Shown piece after piece: positions 23,753 through 34,917 of a stretch of 41,920 bases of DNA. The notes below the pieces were generated by a model, which was not told where the DNA came from, searched no databases, and worked only from the letters and a program-made list of their open reading frames with translations. Position 1 is the first letter of the stretch, and every line of letters starts with the position of its first letter. Both the position numbers and the translations under genes were made by a program. The DNA is from Bigelowiella natans CCMP2755. Lineage: Eukaryota > Protista > Cercozoa. The DNA lies in the NCBI GenBank assembly GCA_000320545.1, contig ADNK01000123.1, positions 1-41,920 on the forward strand, read 5' to 3'.

Positions 23753-25412
23753 TAAATCCCGTCGTCATCACACCGCTGCTACTTTTAGGTGGAAGGTGGC
23801 TTTCTCCACGGGTGACGATGCGCATGCTTTCCAGGCCTTGGGCAACACAGAGGCATTGTGGGAATTTAGTGACAAAGGCACGAAGCTCTCTTTCACTGGC
23901 AGACTTTCAGGAGTACTACAAAATTATTATTATTATTATTAATAATAAGAATGATAATGATAATACAACGCATGGACAACAGCATATTTATGCTCACATT
24001 GCAACGCAACGTAGCACTTGGTAACAGCAGCATACATGAAAGTCAAAAAGAGTGATAGTTCGCTGTCGTGGTATGTGCAACAGAGAGCGTCCGGCCCCCC
24101 TCCGAAGCGTGGCGACGCGGACGGACCGGCGACCCTTGCCTTCCAGCTGAATGACTTGAAAGCGGGGGTGCTGCCGAAGCTTGGAATCCAGCTCTCAGGC
24201 AAGTTTGTACCGCTCTACATCTCGCAGGACATCTGCATTGTAAAGCAGAAAGGCCTGTCCTTTCCGGAGCTCCCTGCTGGGCTGACGCAGCGCTTATTGG
24301 GACGAAATCCGGAAACGACGACAAAGAGGTCTGCTGGTACTGTTTCTGCTGCTACTACTACTACTACTACCACTGCCGCTCCGATCAAACTGGATAGCGG
24401 CGATAACATCGTCATTCTCATGCGGGCAGAAAAACCTGCCTTGGCTGCGGCGACTCCCAGTTCCACAACCGCCACCAGCAGCAGCACGAGGATGAGTAGC
24501 TCTACGGAGATGCTGCAGAGGACTGTTCGCACTAACTCTTGGGAAGCTCTACGCTCCAAACTTGTCAACGACGCCGACCGAAAGAGGGAGGCCGCGTTCA
24601 GCAAGTTTGAAGCCCTCAGAAGTGGAAACGGCGGCTTGGAACCTGCAAAGGAGGACCTGCTGCTCCGTGCTACTGCCAACTCGAAAAGGGCACTGGCAGC
24701 AACTGCTGCTGCTGCTATGAGCCCCAGGAAATCTCCTTCCCCTTCATCTCCCCCTCGGCCAACAGGACAAAAAATGAATGGAGGTGGCGGTTCCGCCGGA
24801 TTTGTCGGTGCCCCGTACCTAGCTAGTGATGGTAGTGCGTCATTGTCGTCGGCCCCTGTTGGAGGAGCTGCTGCTACTTCCTCCGCTCTACCGCCGCAAA
24901 GATCCCCATTCGAAGATGCAGCAAAATGGATCATGGGCGGAAGAACAGGTAACAGCCTTCAGCAGCAGGATCAGCCAGCAGACTTCCAGAAGGTGGTGGG
25001 AAAGGCTGTCGAGGACCTCGGCCAGTGGGCAGCCACCGGCACTATGCGTACCAGCAGGATGCTGTCAACTGAGGCCGAAAAGCTGCTGACCCTTGGAGTG
25101 CAAAATCTCTTCACCAACATCCAAAAAACGAGCAGCAGTGTGATGATGGGGGGCTCCTCCAAAGCAGGGTCTTCTCAACCACGTCGAACAAGACGGGATA
25201 GTAGCGTAAGAGTAGGAGCGAGGAAGTCATCAAGTGTGGGAAAGGGAGGAATGGCAGGCAGCAGTTATCTCTCTAGTATGATGAAGGACATGGAAGGGCA
25301 ATCGCAAAGGGTGAAGAAGGAAAGGGCTGAAATACAACAGACCCTTGAGAGGGTCAGAGCCGAGAGAGCTCGTTTGCGAAAGAAGATCGAAGCTGCCGAG
25401 AGCTTGGTGTGA
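22236..25412 (+). CDS. PAP/fibrillin-like (plastid lipid-associated) protein with putative bipartite leader and low-complexity, coiled-coil C-terminus
   Basis: Exons ~22236-22390, 22496-23050, 23166-23230, 23336-23611, 23789-23912, 24015-25412. A hydrophobic signal (AALFLTLGILPM) is followed by a S/R/K-rich region. Motifs GRWKVAFST and PLYISQDICIVK resemble the fibrillin G-x-W-x-L-x-Y-S/T and YLD-x-x-lRi motifs. Confidence 0.6.
23061..23102. repeat. (AT)n intronic microsatellite
   Basis: Directly visible. Confidence 0.95.
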
Positions 25413-26627
25413 TAGAAGAGATTATGTCAATTGCAGCGCTGTCTAAAGCTCCATACGTCATTGTAAATTGAAATGTGAGACAATCAACAGCCTGGAACGA
25501 GAGACAATAAAGTAAAATTCCCATTTTTTGGTATATGTCACAGCTGTCCATTCTTGGAGTTTTGAGATCTATATTTGTACCTGTATCCAGCCTCTAGAAA
25601 AGTTACTGTAATGCACCCTTATAATATCGTCTAACGTCGTAAATGTGTTGGGAATAGATTCCTACCTTAGAGCTAAATGTCTGAAGATCAGTGATACCGC
25701 ATCAAAATTCTGTAATTAATAAAGTCAAGCGGGAAACTGATGAAACTGAAAAGAGTGCAAATATCTTGTGATGGTTGTGCTACACCTAAACAAATAAAAT
25801 GAATTACAAAAATATCTTCGAGAACGGGCCTGCTAGCCTGTCTAGCTGTAAGAAGTTGCGTTCCATGTAAGCAATGTGCATAAATAAAATGCTTAGCTGC
25901 TATTGAGACGGATGTAACAAATCAAATTGAATTTGTTCAATGGTCATCCTCATCACGTCGTAGCTGTGCAATGCAGTGGCTACAGCGCTCTGCCACCGCT
26001 TGTGGACCATGCCCCATATTTCATTTCCCTACTGTCTAGCTGTCCGCAGTAGCAAAAATTGCGAAGATGCGCAACATGAAAATTTGCCTACTGACAACCC
26101 ACTGTTGAACTAAATTGCTAGAATGACATGGTCTAGTGGTGTAAATGCTACCATTGCAAATCATAGGCACACATCACATGTCGTTTTGTGAAAACAATCT
26201 TTGTTGAAAATGAAACAGCAAAAGTGCACAAAAAGTCCACAGCATCGCGCCATTGCTACATCTTGAATTCTAGCTGTGCGTTTCGATCATTTGTGGGCAA
26301 CGCTAGAACGATGCTGTGTAGTTCTTCTCGCCCAGCATGCGCACCATGTCTGTCTAGCTAGTTACAATAGTTAGATGCAATTAGTCGCGACATGTACGTA
26401 GCACGTGTAGACGTTGTGTTCTAAGCATTGCTAGATTGTGCTGTGCATAGCATCATGCAATGCAATGATATCATGATTATACATCATGCACACGGTTAAT
26501 GACAGGTCGCTGCATTGCAAGAAGCGATTTGTTAGGCCACAGGCACATGCATGGCGGAGATGAGACACATAATAATTATAATGGCATCCAATTGATACAG
26601 GAACAGACGCAGGAAAATGTAAACAAA

Positions 26628-29009
26628 TCATCTTCCGGTAGCTGCGTCAGCATCAGACAATTGTGTGCTGATGGCGGAGATACCCGTTGCAATCCCGGCG
26701 GCAGCTTGAGCCAACAAGCTTTCCGTTACTTGGAACCCTAACAATTTCGCCTCAACATCGGCTTCTTGAATCTCGGTCAAAGCCCCTTCCATCAACTCTA
26801 TTTGAGCTTGTTTTTGCTCAATACTTTCATCAAGCTCTTTTATTGTGCTAGAGTTTTTATTCTGTTTCTCATCGGAAATATCTTCAAGGTGGCGTCGTGT
26901 TATAACGGCTTGATTCAGGCTCTTTTTAATAGACCATTTTACTTTGCGGACAGCCTTTGGGTGCTCATGTTTCAATTCGATATTGATAAAAAGTGCTGGA
27001 AAAATGAATGCTAAAATAAAAATTGATAGAATGACTGCATCCCAAGTTCCCACAAGGACTATGATATCAACGGTGTTTGTTATAAGAAGTCTGAGGAATA
27101 CAATGATGACTATGATGACAAGGTATACAGCGAGTGGATTAACGATTTCAACATCTTTTTTCGTTCTAGCCTTAAATTGTTTGATAATATAATCACGAAC
27201 AATCATCCATCCTAGCAGTCCCTCGCGGTCCTTAATGCCCACGAAAATTTTGAGCCTATTCCTTTGTGCAGTGGTAGAATCGAGCATAGCTCCGACGAGT
27301 ATAACTTGCTGATATAAATCAAGACTATTTTCTACTAGGATAGCAAATGAGATCATTAGACCTGAAACTGCGAACATACTTACGACCACATAATTGGTTA
27401 CAAGAACTAAGTTTGTGTTATCACTGGGATCACATGCAAAGCTTTCATCAAGCTCATAAACCCGAAATCCACCCGGAATAAACGAATGACCAACTGCCCC
27501 GATTATTCCAATGATTACGAGTATAATTTGGTAATGAGAAATGTCATCTGTTTTCGAATTCAAGTACTGTATAACTTCAAACGCACTTCGCTCACTCATT
27601 TTATCCTTGAAACTCTCTCGCCCATCACCACCCAAAGTGTGAAATCGATTATGGACGTTAACGATCTCAAAAAGAGCATCGGTTTTGTCGAAATATACCT
27701 CTGTAAAAGGTTTATCTTCATCACTGCCTATTGAATAGAGGAGGCCTACTATGGCATCGGAGAGTAGAATAACGAGAAGAATAGGGAGGTAGCCTTCCAT
27801 TGGTGACAGCTCGCAGGTTCCCGTACCTTCTTCAATAGCAATGTTGTAAAGGATGATGTTTACGATTGCTCCATATCCAAAGGCGATGCAGGCAACTGCG
27901 ACAAGTGGCATCATTGCAAGTAGAAACCAACCTTTCAGGCAACCCTTACAAGAACATCGGCAACGCCTGCACAATTTTCCAACTTTTCTCATCCGGCGGA
28001 GCGCGAAATAGGCGCCGAGTGCAGGCAACAGCAATACCAACCCAATTCTCTTGGCAATCCGTGTGAATAGCCAAGGTCTATCATCTGTGCTTTTATACGT
28101 ATCTTCCAAAGATTGAAGATAATCTAAGATAAGAGAATAGAATCTTGCTGCTCTAGATGATTTGAGATCAACTATTTTCGCATCTTTCATCAGGAGTTTT
28201 AGAGCCTCGGTGTACTCTACACGCATATCATAAAGAGTCAATCCTTCGTCTTTTTCCAATTTTGGCAGAGTTTCATTAAGGATTTTCTTCAACTGACAAA
28301 ATGTAACGAAGACAGGAAGATCCTCGTAGTCTTCGTTCTCATCTACCATATGATCCACCAAACCAATTTCATCCGCAGCTGCTCCAGCCCCCTTTTCTGG
28401 CATAAGAACATTGTCGGTAAAGTCCAGATACCTGTTCAGTCTATTTATCATCTCCGCGGCTTTTGCTTCATCAGAGGCTACACTATTGTCCCTCAGAGTC
28501 GGCAGAAGAATTTCGATCCCAACAGATATTTCGGATTTCAGGAGTTCACCAGTATCCTCACGGTCAACAAAGTTGAATGCATCCTCAACAATTGAAAGCT
28601 GTTAAGTGTTGTCCTATGTTCTTACGTGTCACACTACTCTGATAATTGAATGGCAATCTACCTTCGCAATGTCTGAAACTGTGAAGTTCTCTGGATCCTC
28701 AGCAAGTTTTGCTTTTGCTTCTAAGACTGTCCATTGCTTTGATGATGGGGTTTATCAGTAAAATTATAATGTCTATCTCACAAGTTCAGCATCACCTTTT
28801 CATCATCAAAGTCGAGATCGAGTAAGGAACCTTTCTTTCCATCAGATTTCTGATCAGTAATGCGTACATTCTCCTCGGCCTTTCTATCCAGCATTGCAGA
28901 AGGAGTTCCTGGGGTAAACAATGATCAAAGTACATTCATTCAAATTTCGAACACAATTCCAGGGGTGAGAAAAGCTTGGGAGCGCACCTAGCTCGTCTGT
29001 GGCAGCCAT
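26628..29009 (-). CDS. Multipass membrane protein, PHTF-like (7TM ion-channel superfamily candidate), with N-terminal EF-hand-like loop
   Basis: Exons ~28988-29009, ~28796-28908, ~28662-28736 and one large exon 26628-28598. There are 7-8 hydrophobic segments. The segments MLDSTTAQRNRLKIF..GWMIVRDYI and EAKLLGFQVTESLL resemble recalled PHTF motifs. EF-hand-like loop DREDTGELLKSE at 28530-28565. The CDS is solid; the family call is inferred. Confidence 0.7.
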
Positions 29010-29389
29010 CTCGTACAAAATTGTCACGCATTCGGAACAATACAAAGCACAAACGGAGGCAGTAACAATGGATAGATTTGTTTGAGAGAATACGCTATGT
29101 TTTGCAATAACCTGATTTCGGTGGGATTTTCGACTTCAGAAATCAGTTTCATGGATAATTTGGGCAAAATCGAGGGCGTATTGACTCCGTAGTCTGCAGA
29201 TATTTTATCTTTGAGTCTTAAAAATTCTCTCGTATTCTTAGTGCTTTCATCGTTGCTGCACATTCCGCCGCTCGGCGATGGTAGGTGTCCCTCACATTCG
29301 TCATGTTGATTATTCCACCTCATGCTGTCCTATACCCTGTGTTGATGTAGGGAAATAGATTGTCGGGTGTAAGGAACAGCAATAGAATC
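29010..29389. promoter_or_regulatory. Putative bidirectional promoter, membrane protein/AGC kinase
   Basis: About 380 bp between divergent ATGs. Confidence 0.45.
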
Positions 29390-31299
29390 ATGGAAGGGCC
29401 TAAGACTCCCCCACCAGCAGTGCCGACAAGAGATGAGCTGGTATCCTGAAATCCTCAATTTGTGTTTACATGTTTTAAAAACAAGCTATTCCATTAGAAA
29501 AATGGGTATCGTCTAAGAGGTAAACTAGGAATGGACAGTTTCGATTTGCTTCAAGTCATCGGAAAAGGAAGTTTTGGGAAGGTCTGTGATTCTAATGAAT
29601 TTTACTGTCCATTGCCCACGTAAATCCTCTGTAGGTTTATCAAGTGAAATATAAGAAAACTGGGGAAATTTTCGCGCTTAAGGTATCCATAATCACAACA
29701 CAGGCTTTATTTTACACATATCCATGTATCTCTGCAGGTTTTGAAAAAGGAACACTTAGCCAAACGGAAACAAATTGGCCACACAAAAACTGAAAGAAAG
29801 TAAGACAGTCATTCATATATCATCGTGTTAAATCTAATAGACGACTGTTTTCAGGGTGCTTGAAAACATAACTCACCCCTTCATTGTAAGCCTTCGTTAT
29901 GCTTTCCAGACGGAACATAGGTAGCAGTAACACGACAGTGTAAAATTTTTTATAAAGTGCTAATGCTTATTTTTCTGCACAGACTTTACATGGTCCTTGA
30001 CTACTTCACAGGCGGTAGCCACAAATAGTTTGCAAATATTATTATATATTTTAACAAAGTTATAAACAGGTGAGCTATTCTATCATCTAAAGCACGGTGG
30101 GAGATTCAAACTTGAAAGAGGAAGATTCTACTGTGCGGAACTTACCTGCGCCATAGAGCATCTTCATGCAAATGATGTTATTTACAGGGATCTAAAACCC
30201 GGTAGAAATAAAGTTCAAATTACCATTATCGCCATCAATTTGGAAATGTACACTTTGAACTATATCTTCCTCAATGTAGAGAACGTATTACTGGATGCAG
30301 AAGGACACGTTCGGGTATTCCTTTTCACAATTTCTCTGCAGCTACCTTTGTCACTATTAACATTATATTTCGTTTGCAGTTAACAGATTTTGGTCTATCA
30401 AAAGATTGCTTGAAAGGGGACACACTTACACATACTTTTTGTGGAACTCCAGAGTATCTTGGTAGTTTAAATCTTACAATTTCTCACCTTTCAATGTGTA
30501 AATTGATCTTGAACAAATTAGCCCCTGAAGTAATTCAAAGCAAACCATACAACAAGACCGTGGACTGGTAAGACCCATCCCGAAAACGATAAGATATAAG
30601 CTTGATATGTTGCAACTGTGTGGAACTCTAAAAGGTGGAGCCTTGGAACAATGACATATGAAATGTAATTTAATCCCAATTAATGAATCAGTATAATAGG
30701 ACTGTGTTTGGTCTGAAATACCTTTTAATTTTATTCTGTTACCACTGAACACTTATTCAGGATCTGCGGCTTGGTAACTACTTTTACTTTTCCCTTAAAG
30801 CTTTGGATACGCATGAATTTTACTCTCTTATAGCCCCCGTTTTACTCTACAAATGTACACAAAATGTACACTAAAATACTGATGGCAAAGTTGAAATTCC
30901 CCAACCATTTACCAGAGGAAGCGGTAGTAATTTTAATTAACTCATATATCCATTATTCTTATTTTATTACCCTTTGACACAATGTTCTTTACATTTTAGC
31001 GAAATTTTCTTGGTGGTCTTCTGGATCGAGATCCCAAAAAACGACTTGGAGGTGATTTAATGACTAAATGTAAGCATGTTACTTCTTTCACCTTTGAAAT
31101 CATTAGCCAAAAGCGGGAAGGAGGTCAAGGAACACAAATTTTTCGATGGAATAGATTTTGGAAAATTATTGAAGAAAGAAATTGAACCTCCATTCAAACC
31201 AAAGCACCAAGAGGTTAAGAAATAATGAATTCGTGGTGAAGATGCGTAACGATTCGATTTTTATTTACAGAATTTTCCCTACCCCATGCTTACATCACT

Positions 31300-31334
<35 letters not shown>

Positions 31335-31755
31335 TATCATCATCTTCGTTTCGGGTAATAAATAACCATAGGACGGGAAGGAGGACACTACAAATGTAGA
31401 AGCTGATTTTTTAAAAGTACTTTTACGATTCGAAAAGGCTATTTCATTGATAATAATCATAGATTAGCCTACAATATGTTTTCATTTGTCTGAACGTTAA
31501 TGATTCAATTTTTGCTGTCGGTTTTAAACTAAGATATAAATGCAACGATCGTTTAACAATATCTCCCAAATTAAATAGGAATTACCTTCTGAGACGCCGA
31601 TGGAAAATCTGTCCATTGATGGAGACGTTCGTGATGCGTTTAAAGTAGTACTATTTCTTTACATACGTACTATATTTCATTTGTGAATCAGAAAGAATAA
31701 TATCGTTGTTCATCAGGGTTCCACATATGAACAAGGCAGTGGTATGCTATCCTAG
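29390..31755 (+). CDS. AGC-family Ser/Thr protein kinase (SGK/Akt/S6K-like), 18 exons
   Basis: Spliced motifs: [82 protein letters not shown] and AGC tail FKGSTY. Stop TAG at 31753-31755. Includes a 13-nt microexon at 30761-30773. Confidence 0.95.
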
Positions 31756-32304
31756 AAGATAAATTGATTATCATAGTTTTGGATTATGGAACGAGATGTT
31801 TAAAACTTCGCCATTGCGTATTTGCGTGATGAGCATCGTGATTCATCATGCGTGGCAGAAATTGCTCATTGTCATATCTAGATATTTTTCATTGATCATC
31901 AGTAATCGATTTGCAATAAATCAACATGTGGAGTTTCTCAAACACAAATGACACACACACATGTGCACACTCATGACACGCTAGTATGACATGCACATGC
32001 ACATGCACCCGCGCCACGCTAGCATGCAGCATGCGATGCGATGTGAGGCAGTCTCTATATGATAGACATGCAATACACAATATATATAGTGTATTGCTGT
32101 GTCTATTATCTATTGGCTTCATTGGGTGCTGTCACATGCTTTCATCTTCGCTAGCGCGCTCTCTAGCTCTGCACACAGATGCACGCGACAAACAAGGACT
32201 ACATTTTGTTCACATTTACATCATTCACAATGAACATGAATCACGACAGCATGGTCATGGCTTACGGTTTGCTGAACACTGCATGCTGTGGTGATGCTAC
32301 TGTT

Positions 32305-32786
32305 CTACTTCCCGCCTTTGCTCTCCCGGTAAAGAATTCGAATGGGTGTTCCTATAAGTATTAGAGCATATGTTGGATAAGTCGATAATGAGTAATTGGT
32401 GTTGTTACGAGTATTGAGGATATCGCACCTGCAAGCCCCATATCCTTTCTTAATCTCCTCTCTAGGTATCGCTTGTACCTGGATTATGATTATAATGATG
32501 CTCATGATGCAAACGACAACAAAGACGAGAACGTAAAACGATGGGAGCATGCATGATTGAAAGAAGAGGTAGTCATTTGCAATAACAAATATCATCATCG
32601 CCATTATCATAACAGCACATCATTTTAAACGTACCCTTCGTTTTCGCTGAAGAGTTGCTTGTCGTTGACAAAGAGGAGAAACGTTGGCGGACGCACTGAA
32701 ACCTGCGTTCCGTAGTAGACTCGACCCATCTTCCCGCCCCTTTGTGATACTACATGGTGGTTTAGTGCGTCCTGTATGCCTGTAAG

Positions 32787-32831
<45 letters not shown>

Positions 32832-33042
32832 TCAGAAAGAAAGGATGGGGCACAAAAGTGTGTACGCGATAAGTGTGTAAATATTGTGTGTTGAATGTTG
32901 TTTGGACTACGTACAGAGATTCAGTGTCGCAGTTGACACGGTGCGCCTGAATAGATGGGAAAAAAAAGCACGACAAATTTAAATGAGCTGCGCTAGCACT
33001 AGGATGGAAGGAAGTGGCTCATGACATTTAGGATCAGCACTT

Positions 33043-33129
<87 letters not shown>

Positions 33130-33266
33130 CTTGTAAATATATTTCAGACCCGTGTTGCTCGCCAACTTCTGCCGCTGCGCTCAGTATCCGCGACATGCCC
33201 TTACCTGATGTATTGGAAGAAGGATGGAAGAAGTTTTGGAAGTTAATACAGTGCTGAAGAAGTCAG

Positions 33267-33345
<79 letters not shown>

Positions 33346-33860
33346 CTTTCTCTCATCCCTCAATCACACACACGTACGCGTCACACACAAAGGAGCTAAA
33401 GGGAGCAGACAACCTGTGGCCGCAGATATAGGCAAAATCGGGGCCCATTCCACCGGCCGGAGCTGCGCCTTAATCCCCTCCTGCATGAATATTGTCAGAA
33501 ATATCGTAATACCAGTGGAAGGAATTGTTATTGTAGTAATGGTTGTTGTGATGGTAGCTGTCGTCTGCATTAGGCATGGGTAGCATATCTCCTGCCTTGT
33601 ATGCCCTTTCATCTCTATCGAGCTCGTTTTTCGGCAAGAGGTCCCACTTATTCACCAGAATCAGGCACCCACGGCCCTTGGAGGGAGGTGGCCATCACAC
33701 AACAAAGAGTAGACAATCAAGACGGGTCAAGATCGGGGAGTGCAACACCAGCAATAGTTGATAGTTTCCAGAAGTTTGAGGAGGGGGCCGTACCATCGTG
33801 TTCAGTCATCAGTAATATCATCATCATGATCCTCTCTTCTACCTACTCTCCTCGCTATTG

Positions 33861-33896
<36 letters not shown>

Positions 33897-34879
33897 TGCT
33901 ATCCCCTCTCACCTCCTGCTCTATAAGCTCAGCAAGGCGGAAATCCTGCGTAGAGACACCAGCCTGGGCGTCCAGCACAAGCATCTGCATATAAAAAGAG
34001 ATAGAAAGAGAGAGAAGAGAAAGAGAGAAAGACAGAAAGAGACAAATAGAGGGTAAAGGGGGAAAGGAGGGAGGAGGGGGATACAATGTGGGATTATTTA
34101 CAACGCAGCTTTGACAGAAAATGAGAGAAATTGCTGGGTCCGACTAACCGCTACGTCCGCCCTTCGCATGGCTTTGAGCGCCATCTGTACAGAATCGATC
34201 TCGAATCCGTCTTTGTTTGATCTCGCCCCAACCTTTTTTTATTTTAAATACAAGTGTCAAGTATCTCCATCCATCGTCGTCACCGTCATTATCACCATGG
34301 TTGCCATTATTACATCCTCAGCCTTGACACATTGGTTACCTTAGCCTTCTTCCGAAATACCGGCAGTATCAACCAGCTTGAATGGGATCCCCGGTCTCTT
34401 CATCACGCACGGTTGTATCCACAGCGTCGCGCGTCGTCCCAGCAGTCGAGCTTACAACTGCTCGTTCCTCACCCACCATCTTCGGTCGAGAAAAGAGGAA
34501 GAGAGGGGGTGGGGGGGGAGTGGGGAAGGGTAATTAGTGGTAGCAGGGAACACATAAACCTTTGGAATTTTCAGGCGCACATACATCCATGTGCTACTAT
34601 GCAATGACTTATTCTACCTCCTAACTACTTGTATGTCGTGCTAAAAAGTGGTAGTAGTAGTAGTAGTGGTAGTAGTAGTAGTACCCTGTTCAATATGCTG
34701 GATTTTCCAACATTCGGCCGACCGAGAATAGCTAGTGCTAGTGTCCTCGCCTCCCCTTCCTTCTCGGCACGAACTTCCTCCACAGATCTTTGAATAGGGA
34801 GGCTTGTTAATTGAGGGTCAGCGTGCATCGAAAATCATGCTGCTTTGTGATGTGGATCCCTCGCATACAGGCACATTTG

Positions 34880-34917
<38 letters not shown>

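Noticed and set aside
23890-24030. Possible non-canonical GC or GA splice donor in the fibrillin-like gene
   Set aside because: A canonical GT donor (~23913) and AG acceptor (24013-24014) give an in-frame join.
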